A DNA stretch of 64,000 bases from Octopus vulgaris (GCA_951406725.2 OX597815.1:174654001-174718000), one strand, 5' to 3'; shown: positions 1-12,943, counted from the first letter of the stretch. Translations and numbers: made by a program. The notes: generated by a model not told the origin, from the sequence alone.

Positions 1-628
1 TTCTTACATAGATTTAACCTCCGATTTACTAAGAGATTGTATTGCATACTAGCTATTGTCAGGGTCATTAGCAGCATAGATGTATTGAAACTGTAATAAA
101 CTGCAATCAAAATCATCTCGACCTTCAAGGAGTAACAGCCAAATTTCCCTCAAAGCATATGTAAAATGAGTAGGGCACATTGGGGTGTCTAGTCCTAGAT
201 ACACTCTATTATTTAAAAAAAAGAAGAAACAGGTGGATCTCAGCTGGAACGTCTTTTATTACATGCCTGTCTGCTTGATCAAACCTGATCTTTGCTATAC
301 AACATTACTAAACACTGTATTAAATTCTGTTTTATAGTGCTTGTCACATCTGCTCTGCACAATTACAAAAATACAAGAATTTTGATTGAAGTGCATATTA
401 CATCTTATAGATGTCACCCAGAGCTGCTTAGCAGCGTTATAGGCCGTTAGGCAAATCAATGCACTAGGTCCTATATCATCAACATCATTTGACGTCTGTT
501 GTCCATGTTGGCATGTTTTGGACAGTGTGACCAGAGCTGGCAAGGTTGGGAGCTGCACCAGACTCCAGTCTGATTTGGCGTGATTTCCGTGGCTGGATGA
601 CCTTTCTAATGCCAACCACTTTATAGAG

Positions 629-1192
629 TGTGGAAAGACTCCCCCCCCCCCATTTTCTCCCAAATTTGTTTATTTAAGAAATTTTTTTTTGCCCAAAATC
701 CCCATTTTCGGATGCGGAGGTTTCGGAAAATTGCCAAAAATTGGCATAGTGAAATTTTCCCCCCTTCCCCCTCAACTTCAATTTTGACTTTTTTCCCCGA
801 CACTAACCCTAAAACCGTAACCTTAAGCCTAACCCTAAAACAGTAACTATAAGTACAGAAATGTTTTGAAATTTTTGTCCAAATCATAATGTCCGTATTT
901 TTCCACATATTTAGAAAAAAAAATTCTTAATAAAAAAATTTTACAAAAATTTTAGGAAATATTTTTCAGAATCATAATCTCCATATTTTTCCACATATTT
1001 TGAAAAAACAAAACATATTTCTGAAAAAAAGTGGAAAATGAAGGAAATGGGGGTGAGGGTGGTAATTTAGAAATGCCAGTTTTTGCCTATTTTTTTGCAG
1101 ATTCATATTCCCTGTAGCCGAAAAGGGGGGGTTGTGTTGAAAAAAAACGTTTTAGAAAATGGGTGAGGGGGACAGGCGGAAGTCTTGCCCCA
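629..1192. mobile_element. MITE with TG...CA ends and 4-bp TSD, inserted into a family-B repeat
   Basis: TIRs TGTGGAAAGACTCCC / GGAAGTCTTGCCCCA (12/15 match), TSD AGAG. The interrupted repeat resumes on the far side. Internal TAACCCTAA-like motifs at 803-840. Confidence 0.65.
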
Positions 1193-2158
1193 AGAGTGCT
1201 GAGTGCTTTTACATGGCACTGCACAGGTGCTATAGTATTTATGGACAGTAAGCCACTACGTATATCATCATCGTCATCATCAACATTTAACATCCAGTTT
1301 CCATGTTGACATGGGTTAGACAGCTTAAGAGTAACTGGCAAGGCCAAGGGCCACACCAGGTTCCATTGCTTTGGCTTGGTTTCTACGGCTGGATGCCCTT
1401 CTTAACATCAACCACTTTACAGAGTGTATTGAGTGCTTTATATGTGGCACCATCAACATAACTTTTTACATGGAGCTAGCGCCCACACTAATGCTTTTTA
1501 CATGGTACCTTGGTTTTAGGATCTCAATTCTGTTGTGATGATTGGGCCTCTAGACCTGTGAAGCCCCTAGGCAGCTGCCTAGTGTACCCATACTTTAAGA
1601 TGGCACGGTGGGTGGGGGTCAAATGTAATGGTGTAATTGTAACCAGTAGATTGTAACCATAATAGAGATGTTGCAAGTTACAGAGAAAGGCCAAGAAAGA
1701 CTGCATGTTGTATGATTAAAAAAATAAGGAATTGAGAAGTGACATAGTAGAGATTTTATTCAACTTTTTTACTCTTTTACTTGTTTCAATCATTTGACTG
1801 GCCATGCTGGAGCACTGCCTTTAGTCGAGCAAATTGACCCCAGGATTTATTCTTTGTAAGCCTAGTACTTATTCTATCGATCTCTTTTGCTGAACTACTA
1901 AGTTACGGGGATGTAAACACACCAGCACTCCTGCGCTTAGTGCTACTATTAGGAAATTTTTCTCGCAACTGCTACAAGATAGAACTAAATGCTAATGTTA
2001 GCTTTAGTAAAGAATTTCTTCAAATAGTGCTACTACGTTGTTGTGAAAGTCCAGTGAGCTTATCTTTGGTGTCAAGTTAACCGGCTACCAGTTGCAGAAT
2101 AGAAAGAAAGAGAGGGAAATTAATTCTTTGAAAGCTGGAAAGGAAAGAGAATGTTTTT

Positions 2159-3218
2159 TCTACAATAATAAATGCAAAAACTAATTTCTGTGTGTCAGTG
2201 TGACACTTTGACCCCCTTCTCTCACTGTTCAATAACACTTCCTTATACTGGGGTGAGAGTAATAGTAGACATAGAGACAGTGAGGGTGAGGGTGATGGTG
2301 AAGACAGACAGAGAGAGAGAGAAAGAGACAAAGAAATTTAGGGAGAGTTGATGTTTTATTGAAAGTAGTAGTGTTGATGGTGGCAATGGGAGTAATAATA
2401 AAAGAGAGAGAGTGGGTATGTGAGAGAAAGAGGGAGATGATGTACAACTTTCTTGGACAAAAATTCCTGTGGCCAGCATACTGAACACTATCATTTTTGT
2501 TATTTTTTGCTTTCTTTAACACATACTTCTATAATAATAAATGCCAAAACAAATTTCTGTGTGTCACATTTTGACCCCACCTATCACTATTCAGTAGTAC
2601 TTCTATTCTTCTTGCTGGGGTGAGAGTATTAATAGGCATAGAGACAGTGAGGGCAGTAGTAGAATGACAGTTGAGATGGTAATGGGGTGATAGTAATAGT
2701 ATGAGCTGTAGTTGTGATAGAGGCAGCAGTGGTGGTAGCTGAGGCAGTCAAGCATGACAGTAATAAATAGTAAAGGATATGAAAGACAGTGGTGATGTTG
2801 GTGGAGGAGAAGGCAAGGAAATCAAAGGTGTTGATGGTGGTAGCATCAGAAGTCTGAATGGTGTGTATGTATGGCAGTTGTGATGGCAACGGTGGTAGTA
2901 CTGGTGATGGTGATGGTTGAAAATAATCAACAGAAAGATAGAGAGAGAGAAAGAAAGAAGTTAGACAGAAAAAGAAATTGTACTGACCCCCCGAATGGGA
3001 AGACAAAAAATGTTATCATGAAACTTTGCAATAAGTTCCAAGTTGATATATCATTGTTTTAATGAAAATTATTCATTACTTAAAAATATTGGTCAAGTTT
3101 AATAAAATTTAATATGTACTCAATACATGAAGTATCATTATTGGGCTCAAGGCCCCAAAAAAAGCCCTCCACAGGAGCTAGCTTAAAAGTCACCCTATTG
3201 GGTGATTTTTAAGCTAGT
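2159..3218 (+). mobile_element. Two related Helitron-like non-autonomous elements in tandem (about 2159-2480 and 2528-3218)
   Basis: Both start TCTA(C/T)AATAATAAATGC and share about 120 bp. The second ends in the palindrome CTAGCTTAAAAGTCACCC...GGGTGATTTTTAAGCTAG|T. Confidence 0.55.
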
Positions 3219-3959
3219 ATATATTGGTATGCTAAATTCAAACTAGGTCATTGACAATGAAAGTGAATTTGTTTTATCAAGATTCAACTCTATCTCACCT
3301 AAAAGGGTTGTGAATTTGACAGGTTGAACTAAAACATTCTAAGTACAAGTTAACATGAATTATTGATTATGAGTCCAGTTTGTCATCATCATCATCATTA
3401 TTGTTTAACGTCCGCTTTCCATGCTAGCATGTGTTGGACGATTTTGACTGAGGGCTGGCGAACCAGATGGCTGCACCAGGCTCCAATCTTGATCTGACAG
3501 AGTTTCTACAGCTGGATGTCCTTCCTAATGCCAACCACTCCGAGAGTGTAGTGAGTGCTTTTTACGTACCACTGGCATGGGGCCACAATACAAAAAAGAA
3601 AAAAAAAAAGAGATACAGTATTTGTTTATTTGCTATTAATCAGACCTAAAATTTAAAGTGCTACTCCTGCAGAGAATTAACAGATACCATTATGAGGAAT
3701 GTGGAGCAAGCAAATATTTTATGCTTATTAGAAGTCTCTAGAAATGCCAAAAAATTGTCAGACATACCATACTAAGAACGAACCATATAATGGTTCATTG
3801 GTAAATTCTTACAAATAATTTTTTAAAATAAGAATAATTGAGATAAAATCAATAAGAAATTTACAGTGAACTTGCTGTGAGAAGCGGAAAATCTGGTTCA
3901 GACATAGTCCTTCTTTTGAAGTTAAAAGAAGAGAAACTAATGAGTGACTGAAGTTTTAC

Positions 3960-4450
3960 ATCATCATCATCATCGTTTAACGTCTGTTTTCAATGCTAGC
4001 ATGGATTGGACGGTTCAACCAGGGTCTGGGAAGCCAGGAGGCTGCACCAGGCTCCAGTCTGATCTGGCAGTGTTTCTACAGCTGGATGCCCTTCCTAATG
4101 CCAACCACTCTGTGAGTGTAGTGAGTGCTTTTTATGTGCCACCGGCACAGGTGCCAGGGGAGGCTGGCAGTGTCCATGATTGGTTGGTGCTTTTTACGTG
4201 CCACCAGCACAGAAGCCAATCAAAGTGGCGCTGGCCTCGGCCACGTTCGGATGGTGCTTTTTACGTACCACTGGCATAGGTATCACAACTACAATTTCGA
4301 TTTGATTTTTTATTTTGATGTTAATGTGCTTGACTCAGTAGGTCTCCTCAAGCACAGCAGGTCACCCTACAATCCAAGGTAAACACAGCAGGCCGTTCAG
4401 CGACCCAAGGTACTTTGGATGGGCTGGGGATGCTATGTGAAACTGGTGCA
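3960..4450 (-). mobile_element. Family B repeat (RTE-type 3' end, (GAT)n tail)
   Basis: Core GGTTGGCGTTAGGAAGGGCATCCAGCTGTAGAAA...GGACGTTAAACGATGATG. Other copies at about 475-628, 1263-1500, 3383-3580, 8050-8390, 15750-16090, 20390-21020, 21140-21475, 33892-34060, 34478-34670, 36015-36300, 44133-44251, 53230-53628 and 57609-57845. Confidence 0.85.
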
Positions 4451-5279
4451 GGAAACAGCCATGAACTCATTTTATTTTATCTTATTAGCTAAAAAAATTG
4501 CTACAACTAAGATCATTTTTCTTTTTTCAACGTTTCCCTTGAAGAAAGACTGTGTCTAAAATGTTGGATTTTCCAATTCTCATAGCAAGTTCATTATACT
4601 CCTTTTATTGATTTTACTACATAATACCCTGAACTTATCAGTTAATCAATATTTAAAACCGCCTTCGGTCATAAATTACCATGGGATTGCACCTAGAAAG
4701 TTATCCTCCGAGACACAAGTCTGGGTAAGGTTGTTTAGTTTGTTTAGGTAAGATCAGCAGTCACCCATGCATACCAGCTTTCCCTCTGCATGCCACCAAT
4801 GTTATCAAAGGGAAATGCAAAGGCCAATACAGCTTGGTACCAGTGATGTCGTAACTCATTTCTACAGCTGAGTGAACTGGAGCAACGTGAAACAAAGTGT
4901 CTTGTTCAAGAACAAAACACACAGCCCAATCCAGTAATCAAACTCACTACCACATGATTGTGAGCCTGACGCCCTAACCACTGAGCCATGTGACTTCACA
5001 CATGTATTTATGTGTGTGTGTATGTCTGTATACAGTCAAGAGATGAGATCCAGAAGTACCCAATATAGAAAACACTTAATAATTTGAACTTACGCTCTGA
5101 AATCTTTACTGAGCACTAAGTCCACAGGGTAAAAAGTGGCTATAGGAAGAATCCAGGTGAGCAGGTATGGAGATAATGATACAAATAAACAAATAAAACC
5201 ATTTGGGTGAGGTATACAAAATATGCATACATGCAAATAGAGAGAAAGCAAAGACTGAAATTATTCAGACAACAAATAT

Positions 5280-5700
5280 TCATGATGATGTGGAAATTAT
5301 TCCAATAGTATCGTCCAAATGATATCAGTATCGCTTTTTAAATCCACCCAAGGCTTGGTCTCCATGCCAATCATATTCTACAGAAATCATGCTTTTGGCA
5401 CATCACAACACTAAGACAGAACTACTTCTCAACTGGACCTGTTATTTTTAACATTCCAAATCATATAAAGGAGGAAAAAGATTTCATAACCTCCAAAAAG
5501 TTCCTGGATGAATATCTCCAACAAATTCCAGATAAACCACCTACACCCGGATATACTGCTACAAACAACAACTCTTTAATCGAATGGGCAATGGTGCCTT
5601 AAAATGACTATACAAAAATACATTACTAAATGTCTTTTCCAGGCGGTGCTATTAAGTTAGCTATGGCCTGGGCCAATGTGGCCAAAACCTATCTAAGTAT
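5280..5700 (+). mobile_element. Decayed non-LTR retrotransposon ORF2 3' end (CR1/Jockey group)
   Basis: Translation ...KKFLDEYLQQIPDKPPTPGYTATNNNSLIEW* with upstream stops. Confidence 0.7.
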
Positions 5701-6402
5701 GAATATATAGATATTTGAATATTAACAAAGCAAACTTATACAGAATACAAAGACAGAAAATTAAGGCAGGAAGGTATAGTGTTACAGGTCCAGCAGCTAT
5801 TTCTGGAGGCTCAGAATTACTTCATAATGTTGGCAGATATTAATATTGATCACATATAATGTAGCTTCTATATCACTTCCAAGAATAGAAGACTGTTAGT
5901 GACATTTTAGAATGTGATTACATTCTGAAATTTTTTGTTTATTTCATTTTGTAAACATATTAAAGATGACGTTGTAGTTGAGAAAAAGAGGAAGAAGAGA
6001 ATACTTTAGTAAGCAAAATGAAATTAAATGTAGAATGGAACCTATCATCTAAGAGCATGTAGTCCATACTTCTTACTCGTTCAACCATTCTACTTCAAGA
6101 ATATAACATCTTGTTTTAACATACTTCCTCACAGTTGCTTATATTAAACGACAATGATGATGATGATGATGATCTAAGCTTGGCTCATAAAGGGAGGAAA
6201 CTAAAAATTTAGTCCAGTATTCAATGATAAACAAGCAACTTCTAGGCTTTTACTAAAGTAACAGATCTTAAATTTCTTGTTGATGCCTCATTATCAATAT
6301 CAATTAGTTCCAAGAATGGTCAAAATATTCCCTTGTAGCATTTAACCAAGCATTGCATGAGTTTTACAAGTTAATAGACCAATAAATTATTTAGCGTAAC
6401 GT

Positions 6403-6720
6403 TTCGGTGGCACGTAAAAAGCACCATCCGAATCGTGGCTGAGGCCAGTGCCGCCTCGACTGGCTTCCGTGCAGGTGGCACGTAAAATGCACCAATCCGA
6501 CCGTGGCCGATGCCAGCCTCGCCTGGCTCCAGTGCAGGTGGCATGTAAAAAGCACCCACTACACTCACGGAGTGGTTGGCGTTAGGAAGGGGATCCAGCT
6601 GTAGAAACATTGCCAGATAAGACCGGAGCCTGGTGCAGCCTTCTGGCTTCCCAGATCCCCGGTCGAACCGTCCAACCCATGCTAGCATGGAGAACGGACG
6701 TTAAACGATGATGATGATGA
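6403..6720 (+). mobile_element. Family B repeat, young copy
   Basis: Near-identical to the reverse complement of 56791-57170. Internal ~55-bp tandem units. Confidence 0.88.
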
Positions 6721-6787
6721 TTGTTTATTTCTTTCTCTAAATTAAAATAGTGTCTTATATATATATGTATATATGTATGTATATGTT

Positions 6788-7070
6788 TGTTGTTTGTTCC
6801 TTCTCAAGCCATGCCTGACTCATAAGGGCCGGTTTCCTTGGCGTATAGGTTCCCCACCTGGCCAATGCAGGTGAGCTGCAAGATGCAAGAGGAAAGAGTG
6901 AGAGAAAGTTGTGACAAAAGAATCAGCAGAAGTTCGCCATTACCTTCTGCCGGAGCCACCTGGAGCTTAGGTATTTTGCTCATAAACACACACATTGCCC
7001 AGTCTGAGACTTGAACCCGCGATCCCTCGAGCACGAGTCTGCTGCTTTAACCACTAGGCCATGTGCTTCC
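6788..7070 (-). mobile_element. tRNA-derived SINE family E with (AAC)n tail
   Basis: TGGCCTAGTGGTTAAAG A-box, GGGTTCAAGTCTC B-box, tail GAACAAACAACAA. Confidence 0.75.
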
Positions 7071-7087
7071 ACACACACACACACACA

Positions 7088-7133
<46 letters not shown>

Positions 7134-10100
7134 CACACACACACACACATACATACATACACTTGTAACTAAATTATATTTAAATGACAGACGCACTGTT
7201 AACAGAGTTCCATGAAAAATTAAACATTTTTACTTAGAGCTTTATATTTAGTCTAAATCATTGCATACACACACATACACACACGCACACACATACACAC
7301 ACACATTCATATTAATAATTTAAGAGGAGACAAGTCGTGGTATTGAATAGCTAGTTCAGTATATTTCAATCCACCACTTCACCTCATTGCAGTAAAAAAA
7401 CCACTCTAAGTATAAGATATGAGCAGATTTTATTTCACATTTTTTGTTGAGCTTTCCTGTTTGACAGTGATATATTTTGAAGGGTTTTTGTAACATACAC
7501 TTATATTTTGATCTCTACCAGTTTCTGGAAATAGCTCTAATATTGTTTGGTCAGAGCAACAATTGACTGTGACAACAATGATTTTTTTCTAACACGCAAA
7601 CACACTGGATTACATCCAAAAGAATGCCATCTAGGTAATTGGTAAAAACTCCACTCATTAATATGTAACAGTCTGTAATCACCAACATATACTATATATA
7701 TAGCCTTTATTTCTTTATTTTTTCCACTGATATGACAATGGTTACTGCTCTCCTTGGCTACAAATCTGTGTTTCACTCAATACACCTGCCAAGCAAAATG
7801 GATAAGTGGATAAGGTCATAGATTGTAAGTTCAAATCCATATTTGATTTCATTGTGTTTATTTAGAATGCTTTTAATTTCTCTTGATTTAGCTCGTGATG
7901 CTTTCCTAAATAGAAATCAAATTATGTAGAAATATTGCTTACAACATGTTGGCATCACAACCAGAAAGATTGATATTTAACCCACTTTACACTACAAAAC
8001 TAGAACTAAACATAAACATTTACATTATATCTTAAAAGACACTGGTAGAATCATCAGCATCATCATCATTTAGTATTTGTTCCATGCTGGCATGGGTTAA
8101 ACAGTTTATCAGGAGCTGGCGAGCCAGAGGACTATGCCATGCTCTATTGTCTACTTTAGCATGGTTTCTACGACCAGATGCCCTTCTTAACACCGGCCAC
8201 TTAACAGAGTATACTGAGTGTTTTTTACATAGCACCAATACCAGCAAGGTCACCTAGTAACTTGCAAAACAAGAACTCTCAAATGAGATGAGGAGTAGTA
8301 TTGAGGAAGGTAAGCTTTGCGTCTGGTGATGAGAAGTTAGAGCATGATAAAAGGACAGAAATAGATGTTTTGTAGTATATGAGATACATGGGGAGAGAGA
8401 GAGACAGATATAGACAGGCAAGCAGGCAGACAGACAGAGAGAGGAGAGATAGAGGAAAACATTTCTTTAGAAAGAGAATCTTCTGAGTTCAAATGAGATC
8501 GTGGCAACCTGTCAGAGAAATGAGTCCTGCGAGGTGGAGTGGCTCCATTCTTTGCAGCAATGCCATTGCAGTCATTACCAAGGAGCACAGTTGAGCACTT
8601 GTTTTGGGCTAAATGGCCCATCGTCCTTCCCCTCAGTCTTCTATTTCATAACCCCACCTTTTACTCCTTTTTGTCTTTCCTTTTATTTTTTTTTTTCAAG
8701 TTTTTAAAGTGCTTAGCAAAAAAAAAACACAACAAAAGAAAAAAAATTTCTAAATATTTTCTGTTTGACAGCAACAATTTGATCCAGTTAGTAACAAATA
8801 TAAAGACAAAACACTTTATCTTTTAAAATCCCTTTATCTCATGTTCTACAATGACTTCGCTATCTGACATATGGCACACCATGTACTTGTACAATCATTG
8901 TTGATTTGATGGAAAGAGTGAGCTTATGTGAAGCACAAACACTTGATCATATATTATATATGCTGGTTGTTCAGCAAGAAATTTCAAAACTGTTTTTCTA
9001 AGATCAAGAGACTACTATTAAGCATTAAAATTAAGATTGAATTTAAACAAGAATCGTGGCTCTTGTTTGTAGAAATCAGCAAACAAATTATATGCTGATG
9101 TCTACCAAACCAATTTTATATCATCTCTTATGCAGAATTAAACAGTAACGTCCCTATTCATTCTTAATACAATCTGGTAGACCCAAATGTGAATATACTA
9201 ATTGCTGTTGTAAAGAATACCCTTTTCCCTTTAAACAATGTGTATCCACAACACATTCAATTCATTGATGCAAGAGAAATCTTAGACACTGTAATATTTC
9301 AATTTTGTTGTGTCTCTGTTTCCACCTTACACTGGTGACTCAATGCAGAAAAAAATGTGCAATGCACAACATATAAAATGTTTCAACTAGTTACAATTGA
9401 CCAGCACATGTACAGCCTGGTGCTCTAACTTTGAGAACACTGCGAGTCTACAATTTCACTCATAAAGATAAAAAATATGAGAATCCTATTTGGAAAATTA
9501 TTTGAAAGTAGACACATGACCTACATCTCATGTCAAGAGATATAGTATCAGCCTTATTTTGTCCTGATTCTAGGCACATGTTTACAGGCCTGTCACCAGA
9601 CTTTGGTGTCTGGAGAAGCTTCAGACTATTTTGGGTGGACACTAATTTGTATTGCAGAAAGATTTTTGTAAACTGTATTTTCTAAATCTGAGGGTGCACC
9701 ATTGAATAGCAAGGGGGCAGTGTCATCCAGTGCATCCCCTTAGCAACAGACATGCATGTTTATCCAGACTCCATAAACTTTTCATATGTCTTTAAAATTT
9801 TCCATTCCAGTACCAGTTTCCCGGCAATAAACTATATACATATGAAGAATTTGATATTTTTTTCTTCCATGTTTACATTGCTTGCCTCTTTATTTTGCAT
9901 GTTAATTTTTTGCTTTGTTTGCACACACATCCCAGTAGTTTGATAGATGCTGAAATCCTCTCAGTTGCTGGCTGTTAATGGGTGATTTCTTTAGGTATTG
10001 TCTGTAAACTTTATTAAATCTTTTCCGTAATTAACCTTTTTGAGAATTTTTATATAATAGTTTTCTTGTATTTATATGAATAATTAAATTTTCAAAATAT

Positions 10101-10884
10101 CAATTTGGGTTAATTATTTTACATAGCTTGTGTCAGGAATACTGAATATATTCCTGCTTCATGCATAAGTACTCAAATATAATTCTGAGACCCCCTTCGG
10201 TCACAACACAGACCATGGGATTGCACCTAGAAAGTTACCCTCCCAGGAACAAGTCCGGGCAAGGTTGTTTATGGAAGACCAGCAGTCACCCATGCATACC
10301 AGCCTCTCCTCTCCATGCCACCAGTGTTATCCAAGGGAAAGGCAAAGTCCGATACAGCTTGGCACCTGTGACGTCGCAACTCATTTCTACAGCTGAGTGA
10401 ACTGGAGCAACGTGAAATAAAGTGTCTTGCTCAAGAACACAAAATGCAGCCGGTCCAAAATTTGAGCTCACAACCTCACAATCGTAAACTCGACGCTCTA
10501 ACTGAATATATTCCTGTGCTTTCACACTCAAATATAATATGCATCCCTAATTATTGGCAAAACAAGTCCTGGAAAAAATATCTGTTGTGTATAATTTTAC
10601 AATGCATTGGAAAAGAAATATTTAGTAAAATTTATTATTATTGCTACATTATGTATATTGAAAAAATTTCAGACATCCTAAATAAAATAAAAAGTAAATA
10701 TGAACATGAATAATTCAAATGAAGAAGCCACAAAAGTGCACCTGTTGTAAAAATCAACAAAATGGAAATCTTATTATCATGACTTCTTTATAGAAAATCA
10801 ATTTGATTTTGATAATGACAATATACATTGCAATTCAGTTTGTACAGTGTGGCACATATAGTTGTGTTAAAAAGTATTTATTGT

Positions 10885-11112
10885 TGAACGCTTTAGCATT
10901 TAAACTGGCCATATCCAGCCCAGATATTCAACATGTTTTACATTCAAACCAACCTGATCCAGCCTCTCACACCTACACTACAATGTTGTTCTAAAAATAA
11001 ACAATCACATCATCAAAATCTCAAGACTATGAGATAATGCATGATTAATTCAAAACTATGTGCGTAAATAAGCATCACATTTAACAGAGTAATTTGAATG
11101 CTCAAGGATTAA
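10885..11112 (+). mobile_element. TTAA-flanked (piggyBac-like) MITE, about 230 bp
   Basis: Ends ..AACGCTTTAGCATT / AATGCTCAAGGATTAA. Homologous copies at 12944-13170 and 51589-51817. Confidence 0.72.
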
Positions 11113-12630
11113 AGGCAAATTTTTCAAAAAAGACTTTTTAACTTTCTTAGCATTTTTCTGAAGAAAAACCTTGGGATATTGAACATCACATACAAGGTCT
11201 AGCAAAAGTTTATTTTTTTAATTTCAAATTTTTTTTTAAATTTAAAGCAAATTTTTTTTTATCAGAAATTTAAATAAATTGAAACACAAATAAAATTTTC
11301 AAAAATTGAAAAAGCATTTTAAATATTGGTTTCAAATTTTGGCACAAGGCCAGCAATTTGGGAGGAGAGGTTGAGCCAATTTATTGACCCCAGTGTCCAA
11401 TGGTATTGATCCTAAAGGGCAAAGCCAACCTCAACACAATTTGAATTCAGAACATAAGGACAGATGAAATGCTGCTAAGCCTTTTGCCTGGCATGCTAAC
11501 AATTCTGCCAGTTTACTGCCCTCAAAAAAGAAAAAAAAAAAAAGAAAAAAAGCATTTTAAATATTAACGTATGATTTTTAGGGACATAAAATGTGTTGAC
11601 TGACACAGTATATAGTAACTATTTATAGTATTAAATCACTATCATAGAAAGTTGAAGTAAGTTAAACAATTTATTATATCTCAGTAAGCATGAATAAAAA
11701 CTTACTTTCAGTCATGCTCGACCAAATATGGCCATGCAATCGAGGCTGAAAAAAATTAGTAATATTTAGTTTCTGTGTACAAATAATGCACATCTGAAAT
11801 ATTTAACTTACAAAATCTAGAAAAAGAAGTATGTACATTGTTCACAAATAAATATTATAAGCATAGACACATTTTTGAAAAGTAATCTACTGATCTGTGT
11901 AAATTGCAAACAGTACATGTGTACTTAAAGTTCTGTTAAATTGCATGACGGTCTTGAAAGTTGACTCTAAATATCACGCAATTCATGAAACTCTGTTTAG
12001 TATGTAGATTATTTGAAACTTTTGTAAACACAAAGTGTTAGTCAAAGAACTGTATTTGATAAATAAAAGAAAATTTAAAAAACATTAGACCAAGATCTAA
12101 AAATAGCTTAACCTCAATGATATCCTGAATTTATATAAATTATTTATAATTCAAGTGTTATTCTAGAAAGCAGTAAAACATCGTCTGTGACAGAAGATTA
12201 GATTCCTAAAAATAAGATAAAACTACTTTATTAGATATTATGTAACCGAAGAAGGTATAAACAATTCTACCCAGATGTAAAACAGTCAGAAGAAGAATTA
12301 TAGAAAATTTATGGATTACTTTGATAGTTTCTTTTCATTTCTTTTGTTATTATTAAGGGATAAGTCAATATAGTAATACACCAACAAAAAGTTGACAATA
12401 TTTGTATTAAGTGGCAAAAAATCTTTACTTCCAATATATAACATATGTAGCTATGTAATACAATTGATGAATATTTTATTCCTTTGTAGTGTAGAGTTCA
12501 AATCTTGAAGACTTAACTTAAGCCATTAGACAATGCCACATATTTGATAGGGCAAAATTTAGAACTATCAAATGTGCTTAGTATTCAGATGTATTAAGAT
12601 TATATTTCTTAAATAAATACCTAACAAACA

Positions 12631-12800
12631 GTTTATGATATATAGATAAGTTATGATATATAGATAAGTTATGATATATAGATAAGTTATGATATATATA
12701 GATAAGTTATGATATATAGATAAGTTATGATATATATAGATAAGTTATGATATATAGATAAGTTATAAGTGATATAAGCTAGTTTATGATATATAGATAA
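12631..12800. repeat. Minisatellite, 18-20 bp unit GTTATGATATATAGATAA
   Basis: About 8-9 tandem copies that vary by one TA. Confidence 0.95.
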
Positions 12801-12943
12801 TGAACATCAAAAGAGACAACAGCTGCATAAAGAGTAGCAGCAGCAATAGCAAAATTCTGAAACTCTAAGAAAGCAAAAGATCTCAGAACTGTCCTGATGA
12901 AGAAACTTATAGTAATAGTTTTTAAAATATTTAGAAAACAACT

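Noticed and set aside
803-840. Interstitial telomere or chromosome fusion site
   Set aside because: Only a few degenerate units are present, and they are internal to a MITE.
7499-7790. Possible minus-strand exon(s), and similar candidates at 15584-15640 and 17730-17790
   Set aside because: They have in-frame stops or phases incompatible with the other candidate exons, and no homology that I recognise.
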